From IMG/VR virus record IMGVR_UViG_3300020203_000013, positions 1-64,000 of that record: a DNA stretch of 64,000 bases. One strand, written 5' to 3'. This document shows positions 49,208 to 59,549 of this stretch, in pieces. The first letter of the stretch is position 1; every line of letters starts with the position of its first letter. Under the pieces are notes generated by a model. It was not told the DNA's origin. It was given only the letters and a program-made list of their open reading frames with translations, and did no database searches. The DNA comes from a virus. The translations under genes and the position numbers were made by a program.

Positions 49208-49645
49208 TTAAAGACCCAATACTCCTTTAAAATCTGTTGCTATTGCACCTGCGCCTGCTAAAGCTCCCGTAAGTACTAGAGCTATTACTTTTATTATAAA
49301 CATCACGTTATTATCTACTTTTGAATTAAAGCTATTTAGTTGTGCTTGCATCTCTGTTTGTTTCTCTGCTGATTCGTCTTTTGCATCTCTAAAATCTGTT
49401 TTGAAGTCTTCAAGATTTTCTTGAACAAATTTAATACTGTATTTGAGTCCGTCTAGCTGATCTTGCATTCTTGCCCTGTCATATTTTGACTCTAACACAC
49501 TCTCTCTGGCTTGGTCATTTCTATTACTAGATTCTGTTAGAAGCTGGTGAGTGAGGGATCTCTGCTCAGTTACTATATCCGAAAGATGAATAATCTGTTC
49601 TTCTACTCTAGCTAATGATACTTTAAGATCGTCAGATTCGGCCAT
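49208..49645 (-). CDS. Coiled-coil protein with C-terminal TM helix (XhlA/holin-like)
   Basis: LARVEEQI coiled coil; hydrophobic C-terminus. Confidence 0.5.
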   Translation of the reverse strand: MAESDDLKVSLARVEEQIIHLSDIVTEQRSLTHQLLTESSNRNDQARESVLESKYDRARMQDQLDGLKYSIKFVQENLEDFKTDFRDAKDESAEKQTEMQAQLNSFNSKVDNNVMFIIKVIALVLTGALAGAGAIATDFKGVLGL

Positions 49646-49682
49646 TTACAAATACCTACCTATGCCTTTTAGTTTAAACTAT

Positions 49683-50381
49683 TTAAAAGTAGTTTAAATT
49701 TGTTCTGGCCCATCCTTGAGCTGTTTTTATATATAAAAAACTGTCATCCCATCTAAACTCTCCGATAGTACCAACTGCCCCTGAAGTAGCAGGAGGTAAT
49801 CCTGGTGGTAAAACTACTGAACCACTTACGGTAAGTCTATTTTGTATAGAAACATTAACTCCATCTGACCGAAGTCCAGTATTTGGAGCATAACTTGTTC
49901 CGTTATAGTAGACGGTATCTGTAAAAATACCAGACCCAGTTATACTTCCGGTTATTCCTGAGATAGTAGATAGAAACTCATTTACAGAATCAACAGCATC
50001 TGCTATAGACCCGCTAGGGTTAATAGTGGCTGCACCATCGACATAACTTCCATCCGTAGGGAGTCCTATAATTCCAGCCCCGCCTAAACCACCTGTGATT
50101 GTTGCGGACCCTGAAGGTGCATATACTAACCACCTGTTATTTGCAGGATCACTGACCTCTAAACACAGAGTATCCTTATTTAAGATTACTATTCCAGGGG
50201 GAACATCTATTAGATTGGGTTTATCTAGTTCAGGAAACTCTTGAATTAAACCAATAGACTCTTTAGATGTTCCAGTTTGAGCATAAGCGAATCCTCGATC
50301 TGAAAATTTAACGTCTGAGGTTTGTTTTACTGAAGATTTTCTTTTTTTTCTAGTAGTATTGTTAGGACTTTGTTCTGACAT
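49683..50381 (-). CDS. Virion (head fibre/decoration-like) protein
   Basis: C-terminal GEFRWDDSFLYIK domain shared with 24630-26264. Confidence 0.55.
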   Translation of the reverse strand: MSEQSPNNTTRKKRKSSVKQTSDVKFSDRGFAYAQTGTSKESIGLIQEFPELDKPNLIDVPPGIVILNKDTLCLEVSDPANNRWLVYAPSGSATITGGLGGAGIIGLPTDGSYVDGAATINPSGSIADAVDSVNEFLSTISGITGSITGSGIFTDTVYYNGTSYAPNTGLRSDGVNVSIQNRLTVSGSVVLPPGLPPATSGAVGTIGEFRWDDSFLYIKTAQGWARTNLNYF

Positions 50382-50461
50382 TAATCTAAGGCCTTTTCGT
50401 TGTTTAATAGTTCATAGTATCTATAGTATATTCAGTCTTTTTTGATTACCCAAAGTCTAAT

Positions 50462-50488
50462 AAAAAAGCCCCGACAAGCGGGGCTTTT
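50462..50488 (-). terminator. Intrinsic terminator after the major capsid gene
   Basis: AAGCCCCG-N5-CGGGGCTT plus T tract. Confidence 0.85.
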
Positions 50489-50513
50489 AAATAACTTAGT
50501 AAACTAAATTATA

Positions 50514-51593
50514 TTATAGTGAGCGGTCGATAATACCCATAACGATCATTCGTGTATCAAGTACTGCCATTCCAATTTCTTCCCAACCATAGAAACCTTG
50601 TTTCTGTGATCTGTGAAGAGCTGGATCTTCAAACAATTCTAAGTCAGCTCTAATAGGCATAACAAGTGAGTCATTAGCTGTTAGATCAAAACCATAGATT
50701 TGTGTTTCTCCTGCTGTAGTTACAAACCCGTCTGAATTTACTACGTTAGCATTACTAGGTGTATAGTCGTTGAACGATCCACCTGTTCCTACTTTGAATA
50801 GACCGAACTGAGATGAGTTCGAGTTGATGTTGTACTTTCCAGCTGCACCTAGATTGTGCAATGGATGAAGTTTAACACCATAGATTTCAGAAGTTCCACC
50901 ACTTACATAGATTTCTCTACGTGTGACGTTATCTACTTGGGATTCTCCCCACTCTCTTACATCAGCTAGATCTTCTGGTGATAAATAAACATCAGTCAGA
51001 GTTCTTCGTTGACGTTCCATCTTAACAATCATTTGATTAAGGAGTTCTTTACTGAAAAATCCAGCAGAAGGACCACCATTAATTTCTACGATTGGAGCTG
51101 GACGTGGGCCCAAAAGGGCTTTACCCGCAAATGCAGAAGTAGCCGCTGGAGCCAAAAGTCTCCAAGCTGATTCTTCTTCATAGTCAATGATCGCACGAGC
51201 AGCGTTTCTCATAGCTCTCTGTGCAATATCGATTCTTCCGTCTCTTGCATACTGCAAAGACCAGTCAAATGCTGTTCCGATTTTAAATGTCGGTACAAAC
51301 ACTTCTTCACCTGGAGCTTCGATGTAGTTCTGAGGAACTTGACCTAGCTTAGGTAGAATAAATACTGGAGCTTCAAAGTCATCTGCAATTGGATAAGAAG
51401 CTTGAGCACCAGGCTCAAGGTTCTGAGTTGCAAACAACTGTCTTGCAACAGATTGATCACGTACTTTCTGTAGGATAGGTACAGTGATTGCTTGTGCAAC
51501 CGCTTTTTGTACTTCGGGTGACTGAACGGCACCTTCGGAAGCAGTTGCTTTTAGGAGTTCTTTTAACTCTTCTTTAATAACTATTTCATTCAT
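50514..51593 (-). CDS. Major capsid protein (HK97 fold), 359 aa; start corrected from 51692
   Basis: GGAGG RBS at about 51606-51610 before ATG 51593; position after scaffold and decoration genes; G.YGWEEIG C-terminal motif; strong terminator. Confidence 0.85.
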   Translation of the reverse strand: MNEIVIKEELKELLKATASEGAVQSPEVQKAVAQAITVPILQKVRDQSVARQLFATQNLEPGAQASYPIADDFEAPVFILPKLGQVPQNYIEAPGEEVFVPTFKIGTAFDWSLQYARDGRIDIAQRAMRNAARAIIDYEEESAWRLLAPAATSAFAGKALLGPRPAPIVEINGGPSAGFFSKELLNQMIVKMERQRRTLTDVYLSPEDLADVREWGESQVDNVTRREIYVSGGTSEIYGVKLHPLHNLGAAGKYNINSNSSQFGLFKVGTGGSFNDYTPSNANVVNSDGFVTTAGETQIYGFDLTANDSLVMPIRADLELFEDPALHRSQKQGFYGWEEIGMAVLDTRMIVMGIIDRSL

Positions 51594-51613
51594 ATTAATA
51601 TATCGCCTCCGTA

Positions 51614-52099
51614 TTATAGTGCCAACTTGATAACTAGATTCTCGCCTGCTGCTGCTTGTGCCGCACTCAAAGAATTTTGAGCAATGGCGCAAACTTTAGG
51701 TACTCCACCTTCAAGAGCGCCTGAAGCAGATACGTTAGTAAGTCTGCCTTGAGTTGCACTTGCATAAAGTGGGGCACCGGCTGCTAGCGAACCTGATACC
51801 AAATAGTGTGTTGTTTCAAAAATTCCACCGGATTGGAAACATAAAACTGGGTCACCTACGTGAGCGTCAGAGTTTCCGATCTCTCCTGGAAATTGAAAGT
51901 TTTGTGGAAGACCTGCGGCTTGTGCCTTAACTCTCTGAGCAAGTAGAGCATAAGGTGCTCCACCTGAGATGCTAGTAATAGCAGCTAATTTATTTTCTCC
52001 TGAAAGTCTTACGATAGCACCTGCCTCGGCAGTTCCACTGTTCTCGTCATGACGACAGAGAGCATTTTCTTGTACGATGTGTCTTGGGGTTAAAGCCAT
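51614..52099 (-). CDS. Capsid decoration / cement protein
   Basis: Small G/A-rich beta-tulip-like protein directly upstream of MCP. Confidence 0.65.
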   Translation of the reverse strand: MALTPRHIVQENALCRHDENSGTAEAGAIVRLSGENKLAAITSISGGAPYALLAQRVKAQAAGLPQNFQFPGEIGNSDAHVGDPVLCFQSGGIFETTHYLVSGSLAAGAPLYASATQGRLTNVSASGALEGGVPKVCAIAQNSLSAAQAAAGENLVIKLAL

Positions 52100-52105
52100 A
52101 GCTTA

Positions 52106-52846
52106 TTATAACCATCCTTTATTTTTGCTATCTTGTTTTAATTCGGCAGACATAATCTTTTTAAAACCCTCGGTCATGCGTAGAACGTCTGACTTTGAGT
52201 TTACGGTAGATGCTGCCTCTTTAGAAGACATTTCTGTCTTCTCTTCTGTCTCAGCAGCCGCTGGTTTAGCTAAACTTTCTAGTACTTTTGATACTAGATT
52301 ATCTTCGCTAACAGATATACTCTCTGATGCTACAACTTCTTCTGCCTTAACTGCATCTGTAGCTTCTACGTTCTCTTGAACTACTTCTACTGGTTTAGTA
52401 AAAGAATTGACTGTTTGAATTTTTACATCAAGTAAATCTTCTAAGTAGGAAGTAAAATCTTCCTCAGTCATAGCTCTTACCTTTTCAGCTTGTTTAATTC
52501 GAGAACTTTCTTCTGTCTTAAGAAGGCCTTCGCCCTCTAGTTTAGAAATTCTTTCTCTCAGCATTGCTTCTTCTTTCATCTGATTAATCTCAGATTGTGC
52601 TAACTCACGTGCTTTTTCGGCATCTGCAAGTTTGGTGTTCAAAGACTCATTCTCTGAACGAAGTGCTGCTAGTTCCTCTTGAAAGGCTTTTTCCTGCTCA
52701 AGTGCTACAGTATGTAGATCTTCAACTTCAGCAGCGCGATCTAGGATTGCGGCCTTTAGTTGTTCAACTTGTGCTGCGGTTTCACTAAGGTTATCCTTAG
52801 TCATGCCCTCAGGGGTAATCTTATCTTCGTTATTAGTTTCACTCAT
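52106..52846 (-). CDS. Capsid scaffolding protein
   Basis: Acidic coiled coil between protease and MCP; GGAGG RBS. Confidence 0.7.
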   Translation of the reverse strand: MSETNNEDKITPEGMTKDNLSETAAQVEQLKAAILDRAAEVEDLHTVALEQEKAFQEELAALRSENESLNTKLADAEKARELAQSEINQMKEEAMLRERISKLEGEGLLKTEESSRIKQAEKVRAMTEEDFTSYLEDLLDVKIQTVNSFTKPVEVVQENVEATDAVKAEEVVASESISVSEDNLVSKVLESLAKPAAAETEEKTEMSSKEAASTVNSKSDVLRMTEGFKKIMSAELKQDSKNKGWL

Positions 52847-52883
52847 TAAAAGAAACCTCCTAGTCGTCTATCGCAAAAAGTAT

Positions 52884-53207
52884 TTATAAATACTGACCGT
52901 ATTTAGTCTTAAATCCCATAGTACATATTTTAAATTTATCAGCATGGGATAGTATTTTATAGAATGCTTCCTTTTTTTCGTCTTCTGAGCAGGAGGCAAC
53001 ATTTCCAAAATGGTTTAATGCTGATAGAATCTGTCTGTCACTTTCTAGAGGTAGTTTCCTCAGTCTGGCAAAGGCATAGGTTTGATTTGGGCTTAAGTTC
53101 TTACTTTTATTGGGCTTATTAGGTTTATTAGATTTAAAGCCTGTTAGCTTACTCTGCATTACTTGGTCTTGTAATTCAATAGGAAATAGGTCAAAAAGTT
53201 TGGTCAT
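52884..53207 (-). CDS. DUF6582-like small domain protein
   Basis: YAFARLRKLPL.S...I.SAL.HF...I...A.KF.I. Confidence 0.55.
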   Translation of the reverse strand: MTKLFDLFPIELQDQVMQSKLTGFKSNKPNKPNKSKNLSPNQTYAFARLRKLPLESDRQILSALNHFGNVASCSEDEKKEAFYKILSHADKFKICTMGFKTKYGQYL

Positions 53208-53219
53208 TTTTAGGAATCT

Positions 53220-55328
53220 TTAATTGGAGGGTCTAGCTTTAGTCCTGAACGAGCTGGTATCGATATGGAATTTACCTGCTGCCCTGAGAATGCTTGCTAT
53301 CAAGTGGGCCTTCTCGTGATCTGTAATTTCGGATTTTAGAAAAGAGTATCTACTCATTGCAGCTAATACTTGTTCTTTGCTGTTTAAAGGGAACTGCTTT
53401 AACCTAGGTATTCCGTAATCTTCGGAAAACTCTAATCCAGGTTTAATGGAGAATCCTAAAGACTTTCCTTGCTTTTCGAAGTCCTCTGTGGAGACTCCTA
53501 GGCTATCAGATGCCAGTAAGATGTTCTTGTAGAGTTCCTTTTGTTCTTTAATTTTTAGAGTCTTAGTAGCTCCAACAAACATCTGCATAGTAGAAGCTAC
53601 TGACTCTTTAGAGTGGATTGGAAATTTTCTAGATTCTGGTAATCCAAAGTCTTTATTTGATAGAGATTTCCTAGCTTCAAAGCTAATTGAAGCTACTTGT
53701 ATAGGAAACTGTTTAGCAGGATCAGTAATAACTAATCCTTTTTTAGATTTAAATAATACACCTTGAGGTATAAACTCACTATCTGTGATTAAAACTCCTG
53801 GAGTATTTAAATCATCCTTAATCTTATTAGCTGCTGGACCTTGTTTTATTTTAGAAGGTAAGGGTTGAGAATCAACGCTTGGCTTGTTGTTTAATATTTG
53901 TTGTTCTGTGTCAGTACTTGGTAACTCATCTGAGCTTAATAGTTCTGTATCTCTTAAGTCTACTCTAGGGTTATAAGGTGCCGGACGAATTGCATTTCCA
54001 TGAAGATTATCATCTTTAACTAGTCTGGAGTATTTATTCCTTAAACATGAGGAGTCATGTGCATCAGCGCCCAAAACTGGGCAAGACTTGTTAAATAGTT
54101 TACACCAATGTGTAGCAACTATCCTTCCAGGATTTGGATTATTAGGGTACTGTGTTACATATTTTTCAAAGCTTATACATATTCCAGCTGACTGCTCTGC
54201 TGGTCCGTATTTAGCGGCTAGGAATGATTTTTCTTTATTAGCTAATCCAAAAGAGTGAACCTCTAATACATCGCCTTTATCGTCTGTTGAGTAGAGCACA
54301 GCATCACTAGATTGGTTAATTGGAGTAATTGATTTAGGTGTGAAAATGCTATTCGCTGCTACAATTAGGAACTTAGAACTCTTATTTTGTGCGGAGAGTT
54401 TTATTGCTTCCTTGGAGACCGTGTTATAGTTAGAGTCAAAAACACCATCTACTAACTTCGATTCTCCTGACTCGGAAACTTCTAGTAGGTAATAACCTGC
54501 TGCTTCAATCTGAACTACTTCATTTTTAATTGGGTTTGGAATTTGAGTAAAGCCTTCTGGATTCTCTGTTACACTGGCAGTTGCTTGGTCTAACGATTCC
54601 ATTGTTTTTTCTAGATTCATGGAAGCAGCTTCGACAATGATTGATCTTTCGTTAGCTGGATTTTTTACAATCCCTACGCCACAGAATCTAATATCTTTTA
54701 ATACTCTTGACACTTGGCTTGTTCCTATGGATTTTCCCGATAGAACTAAGCTTAAGTCTGTTTCCTCAGCTTTGCTAAGTTTTACTAATTTTTTAGCTAC
54801 CAGTTGTTTTGGAATTACTACACTTCCTATTTTAAGATCATAGTCCTCATAGTAGCACTCCATTGAAACTTTCCATTCGCCTTTTTCAATTTCGGCGGCT
54901 AGGTCTGGAAATCGGTCTTTATAAATAACAGACACAATTCCTATGTCCATACTCATATCGTCTAGTGTTTTTGCTACTTCTGAGGCATTTTCAGAATTCG
55001 ATAGCTCTTTATATAAATCTTCATCGTCTATGACATTACCTGACCAGTCCATATACATGGCTGAAGCTATGTGTCCGATAATTTCTTGTTCTTTATGTTC
55101 TAGGTTAACAGCTTTTTGAGATATACTATCTCTAGCTTTAATTAACTCTGACCCTATAAACGTGGCCCCGTTTTTATTAGTCCCTGTTGATACTAAAATA
55201 GCAGACATGAATAAAAGATCTGCTTGATCATTTTCCGGTAGGGATAGTTTACTAGCCATTGCCTTGGCTTGTGCAGGCTTAAGCCTTCTTAGAACTAATG
55301 GGGCTTCTAGTAATATCTTATGTTTCAT
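53220..55328 (-). CDS. Prohead (maturation) protease with C-terminal tandem DUF6582-like domains
   Basis: N.NG..F, NLEH, IIGH, W.VSMECY, F.G.GIV.NPA; two C-terminal [FY]G.P..[KQ]FP..SKE.V repeats. Confidence 0.75.
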   Translation of the reverse strand: MKHKILLEAPLVLRRLKPAQAKAMASKLSLPENDQADLLFMSAILVSTGTNKNGATFIGSELIKARDSISQKAVNLEHKEQEIIGHIASAMYMDWSGNVIDDEDLYKELSNSENASEVAKTLDDMSMDIGIVSVIYKDRFPDLAAEIEKGEWKVSMECYYEDYDLKIGSVVIPKQLVAKKLVKLSKAEETDLSLVLSGKSIGTSQVSRVLKDIRFCGVGIVKNPANERSIIVEAASMNLEKTMESLDQATASVTENPEGFTQIPNPIKNEVVQIEAAGYYLLEVSESGESKLVDGVFDSNYNTVSKEAIKLSAQNKSSKFLIVAANSIFTPKSITPINQSSDAVLYSTDDKGDVLEVHSFGLANKEKSFLAAKYGPAEQSAGICISFEKYVTQYPNNPNPGRIVATHWCKLFNKSCPVLGADAHDSSCLRNKYSRLVKDDNLHGNAIRPAPYNPRVDLRDTELLSSDELPSTDTEQQILNNKPSVDSQPLPSKIKQGPAANKIKDDLNTPGVLITDSEFIPQGVLFKSKKGLVITDPAKQFPIQVASISFEARKSLSNKDFGLPESRKFPIHSKESVASTMQMFVGATKTLKIKEQKELYKNILLASDSLGVSTEDFEKQGKSLGFSIKPGLEFSEDYGIPRLKQFPLNSKEQVLAAMSRYSFLKSEITDHEKAHLIASILRAAGKFHIDTSSFRTKARPSN

Positions 55329-55603
55329 TATTTACTTGCTTTAGCTTTATCTATACTAGCAAATACTTGAACTTTTATATCTTCTATAACTTGATACATT
55401 TTATCTAAGTCCCTGTATGCTTGGGCTATTTCATTATTTATACTCATTTGGTGCTCTAAAAGCATATTAATTGAATCACTTCCGAGTGGTGGCAAATATA
55501 CTCGATCCATATCATTGGCGAGCGCAGCGGCAACGGAGTTAAATATTACATGCATTGCCTGCAACTGTTGGTTTAATTTATAGATTTCATCACTCAGAGC
55601 CAT
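55328..55603 (-). CDS. Hypothetical protein
   Basis: 91-aa helical ORF. Confidence 0.6.
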   Translation of the reverse strand: MALSDEIYKLNQQLQAMHVIFNSVAAALANDMDRVYLPPLGSDSINMLLEHQMSINNEIAQAYRDLDKMYQVIEDIKVQVFASIDKAKASK

Positions 55604-55625
55604 ATAACTTAAATAAAGTACAATA

Positions 55626-57743
55626 CTAATCTAAAATCTCATCTAAAGTCGATTTAGAGATATCTACTTCTGTTCCTTCTTCTATTGTACTTTTGTCTGC
55701 TTTTATAGACAATCTTTCTTTTAATTCTGTTAGGGAGACTGGATCTAGAGATCTTAAGATGTCAATTAACTCGTCTACTCCAAGGCTAGCCTTACTAGGC
55801 GCTTTAACTTTAGTGGTGTCCTTCACTACCTTGACTGAATCTATTGGTTTTTGGGCTAGAGGGGGTTGTCCTACCGGCCTTCCAGAGTCTCCCGAAGGAG
55901 ATGTTGCTACTTGATTGTAAGGGCTTCCTGCTCTTAAAACGTCTTCTTGGATGAGAGGAAGTTCTTCTCTTAATCTTTGCAACTCTGTATCATAATCGAA
56001 GTCCATCTCTCTCATGTACGATTGCACCGATATTGCCTTTCTATCTAGCATCTGCATAAAGGAGGCACGAGTAACTGCGTCACTGTCTGTACTAATCACT
56101 GATTCTTTCCATCTTACGACTGGATAAGAGTTAAATCCTGCCAGCTTAGCAAGCTCTCTGTACTGACTGTAAACCCAATCTTCTACTTTAATTCTTGCTG
56201 CTGTTATTTCACTCTTTAAGCTTTTAGTAACTAATACCCCGCCATCTCCAGATAAACCCTTGCCGTCAATTAAGACCCTAGAAAACCCTAGAGAGTTTGT
56301 AATTTCATCATCTACTGGCTCGTACTTAGCTTTACCTAGTATTTCTCCAACATCTCCAGCTGAAGTTATCTTTTCAATCTTAAGAGTGTCGTTCCAAACT
56401 ACTGTAAACGCTTTTTGAGGGGTGTTAAAAGCTTCAGCTAAATCTGCTAATACCTTTTCATCCTGAATAGGTCTCTCCGCGTCTCCGACAGTTACTTTTA
56501 AAATATAATTGGTAATGCCATCAATAGTGGCATAATCTGCTTTCTTAAGCTCATCCCTATAATCAAAAGCGTCAAACGCTCTTGAAGCTCTGGGCTTGGC
56601 ATATACATCAGAGTCTCTCTTCCTCAAAAAGATTACAGAAACTTCTTCGTCTTTAAAGGTGTACTCTTGGTTGCTCTGAGCTGCTGTTTTCATTCCAGAC
56701 GGTATATTAGTTAAAGAATCTTTTACTGACTTAGATACTTTACTAGGATCTGATTTAATCTTCTCTAATATCTTTTTAAGAGGTAGGAGGCCTTTTTTAG
56801 TTATGGTAAGGCTTGTTCCACCAAAAAATCCTGAGGAATCTAACCTAATCTCTTCAGGAGGCAGTAGCGTATAGGCTATAGGATAGCCACCTGCTGCGGC
56901 AGTTTCAGAGGTAAGAGACTTATATTTGGTAGAAAATTTACTATAGTCTAGGTCTTTCCCTAATTCGGCCCTAATTCTCTCTTTAATTAGATGGGCTAAT
57001 TGAGCTTTTTTACCCGCCTTAGTATTTGAGGGGGCTCTTCCTGGTATGGATGATATTCCATCTGGATGGGCCTCATATGGGCCTTTAGCGTTTAAGATAT
57101 AACAAACGGAGTATTTAAATAGATCATTAAAAATTTTACTAACTACTCCAGTAAATCCAGTATCACGAGTCCAAGCATCATAAAACTCTTTAACTTCCTG
57201 ATCATTGATTTCATTATAAAACCCTGTAGCTGAGAAGTTAGATAGAACATCTATTTGAGTTCCATATATTCCTGTCCTGTAATACTCTTCATTAGATCTA
57301 GTATATAATTTTAAGGCTGCAAGTTCATCTGAAGGCTTTCCTCTTAAATCTAAATAAGAACTATCTAGTGCATCTCTATACTGAGTGTTTAGTTTGGCTG
57401 TTTCAATTCCTTTAGTACTAGTCTCCACTCTAGCTTTTTCTCTAAGAGCTTCTAGTTTTTCATTTAAATTAAAAAGTTCTTTTTCAGCCTGTAGCTTACC
57501 CATCAAGGTATTGGAGTTATTAATAGGTTTAATTCTGGAGCGGAAAGTTTCTTTCTGATCTGTGGGAAAGAAGAGCGCGTCGATAGTTTCTTCACTCGTT
57601 TGAACGGTTAGCTCATACTTTCCATCTTTCGTCTTAGTAGCCTCAAGGAATTTGGCGTTACCTTTGGTAATCCGACTGTTTAGCTGATCTACTAGCTCTG
57701 GGGCTGGTCCTGCGGGCTTATTAATATCTTTTCTTCTTGCCAT
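55626..57743 (-). CDS. Portal protein
   Basis: Position after TerL; size; C-terminal GRP motif. Confidence 0.75.
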   Translation of the reverse strand: MARRKDINKPAGPAPELVDQLNSRITKGNAKFLEATKTKDGKYELTVQTSEETIDALFFPTDQKETFRSRIKPINNSNTLMGKLQAEKELFNLNEKLEALREKARVETSTKGIETAKLNTQYRDALDSSYLDLRGKPSDELAALKLYTRSNEEYYRTGIYGTQIDVLSNFSATGFYNEINDQEVKEFYDAWTRDTGFTGVVSKIFNDLFKYSVCYILNAKGPYEAHPDGISSIPGRAPSNTKAGKKAQLAHLIKERIRAELGKDLDYSKFSTKYKSLTSETAAAGGYPIAYTLLPPEEIRLDSSGFFGGTSLTITKKGLLPLKKILEKIKSDPSKVSKSVKDSLTNIPSGMKTAAQSNQEYTFKDEEVSVIFLRKRDSDVYAKPRASRAFDAFDYRDELKKADYATIDGITNYILKVTVGDAERPIQDEKVLADLAEAFNTPQKAFTVVWNDTLKIEKITSAGDVGEILGKAKYEPVDDEITNSLGFSRVLIDGKGLSGDGGVLVTKSLKSEITAARIKVEDWVYSQYRELAKLAGFNSYPVVRWKESVISTDSDAVTRASFMQMLDRKAISVQSYMREMDFDYDTELQRLREELPLIQEDVLRAGSPYNQVATSPSGDSGRPVGQPPLAQKPIDSVKVVKDTTKVKAPSKASLGVDELIDILRSLDPVSLTELKERLSIKADKSTIEEGTEVDISKSTLDEILD

Positions 57744-59544
57744 TGCTTAGAATTAGTCCTCCCCCTCTTATAGTAATAACATTTTTACTAGAATCCCCAT
57801 TCATTGTATCAACACCTGCCGATCTAGTCAAGGTCGGGTCTATTGAGACTACTTGATTCCTTTGTGTTGGGCTAATCTCTTGTATTACGCCTCTCTCTAC
57901 TGCGGGAGTTACCTCCCTGTGTTTCCATTGAAGGTCATAAACACACTTACAGGCTAGAATGAAAGAGGTATATAAATCCTTCTTTTTAGGTTTTCCTGAG
58001 TTAGTTGACCCTTTAGGTAGATCATAGTGCAGTTTACCTGTTGTTGTTTGAGTAACTACTATAGAAGATATTTGGTTTATAAGCTCTTGAACTAGATCGA
58101 CTTCTTTACTCTGTCCTTTAAGATTAGCTTTTCTATGGCCATCAATTGGATTAGATGCAGATGGTATCTTTATGGCTCTCTGCTCTAGTAAGGTTTTAGT
58201 GTTGTTATTAGCATCTTCAATAAATACTGGGTTAAAGTTACATAGGGTTAATATCCTAGATCCTCTTAAGTTAGGAGCTGAGTCTGAGGTTATTACTGTT
58301 TCAGTTACTGAATATCCAACTGTAGAGGGATCTGCTAGATGATCTCTGATAGTTTGGCCTCCGCCGAATTCATCCATATAAATTGCTACTGGATTAAATC
58401 TCCTTATTAAATCGAAGATGTGTTTCGATTGGTCTTGAAAACGGGTCTGCTCAAGTTCTGATATAAAAACTAGTTTACTTGGATACCCTAACTCAACTAC
58501 TGTAACAGCTGTGGAGTCTCTTTCTCTTGCTACGTCAATTCCAAAAACGTATTTCTTACCTTTATCTGTATCGGGATCTCTACCCATCTTAGGGATTACT
58601 TTATCGTCTCTACAGGACTCCAATAAGCTCATCGGAAAAGCTCCATCAGAGTCTGATATCCATTCCGCCATCCACTCTGTCAAGAACATGTGGCGAGGTG
58701 CATTTATCTGAGCGTCTGTAACAGTATCTACGTCATAAAACCCATCTGGTAGCTCTAAGTAAGGAGTGAATCTTAGGTTATAGTGCTTAGACCCCTTCTT
58801 TATTTGGTCATAGAAGTTTAAAATTTCTTGCCACCAATAGTTGAATTGATAATATCCAGATGTAATTCCAATATATCCGTTATCACTTAGGATAAGATCT
58901 TCTGGTATTATTCCACCATATTGTTCTTTTAATTTCTCAAGTTGTTTAACCTTTTGCATTGGATTAACAGCTGTACTCATCATAGGCTGAATTGAGGACC
59001 TGAATATTATTTCAGGCATATGTGGGATTTCATCTAATATGACTTTTCTAAAACGCTCCCCTCTTATTTTTCCTCCATCAGATCCTACTGGCAAGGCTTT
59101 AATTTCACTGGGGGCTAACCCTCTACCTGTAGATTTAAAAATACATAAACATTGATCATTCTGTTGAGTCGGATCTTTGTCTACTGCCTCTTGAAGCAGA
59201 GGACTCTCTGCATGTAATCTAGTAAATTCTTTAAAGATAAGTTTAGATTGACGAAATGCTGGAGCAAAGATTCCTATCTTAGTTCCTGGATATAAAGTAG
59301 CCTGTAAAGAGGCATAGACTGCGGCCAAAAAAGACTTACCCATACCTCTGGAAGCGGTATTTAATGAGAATTTAGAATACCACCATTCCGTAAGAACTAT
59401 CTCTTGAATAGGTGCTAAAGTTAATGGTTCACCATCTCTTTTAAGTAAATGATTAGCAGCAATAACTGGATTCTTTCTCCAGTAATCTACTATACTACTA
59501 GAGTATTTTTCATCTAGTTGTTTATTTATTTTTATTAGAACCAA
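57721..59544 (-). CDS. terL: Terminase large subunit
   Basis: Walker A ASRGMGKS, IRGER, Walker B VILDE, RNase H-like GIDVAR..DST and KDLY. Confidence 0.92.
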   Translation of the reverse strand: MVLIKINKQLDEKYSSSIVDYWRKNPVIAANHLLKRDGEPLTLAPIQEIVLTEWWYSKFSLNTASRGMGKSFLAAVYASLQATLYPGTKIGIFAPAFRQSKLIFKEFTRLHAESPLLQEAVDKDPTQQNDQCLCIFKSTGRGLAPSEIKALPVGSDGGKIRGERFRKVILDEIPHMPEIIFRSSIQPMMSTAVNPMQKVKQLEKLKEQYGGIIPEDLILSDNGYIGITSGYYQFNYWWQEILNFYDQIKKGSKHYNLRFTPYLELPDGFYDVDTVTDAQINAPRHMFLTEWMAEWISDSDGAFPMSLLESCRDDKVIPKMGRDPDTDKGKKYVFGIDVARERDSTAVTVVELGYPSKLVFISELEQTRFQDQSKHIFDLIRRFNPVAIYMDEFGGGQTIRDHLADPSTVGYSVTETVITSDSAPNLRGSRILTLCNFNPVFIEDANNNTKTLLEQRAIKIPSASNPIDGHRKANLKGQSKEVDLVQELINQISSIVVTQTTTGKLHYDLPKGSTNSGKPKKKDLYTSFILACKCVYDLQWKHREVTPAVERGVIQEISPTQRNQVVSIDPTLTRSAGVDTMNGDSSKNVITIRGGGLILSNGKKKRY

Positions 59545-59549
59545 GTAAT

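Noticed and set aside
51594-51692. N-terminal 33-aa extension of the capsid ORF in the track
   Set aside because: Overlaps the decoration gene; strong GGAGG RBS supports ATG at 51593
57721-59544. Intein or intron in terL, portal or capsid genes
   Set aside because: Lengths are ordinary, reading frames are continuous and no intein splice motifs were seen
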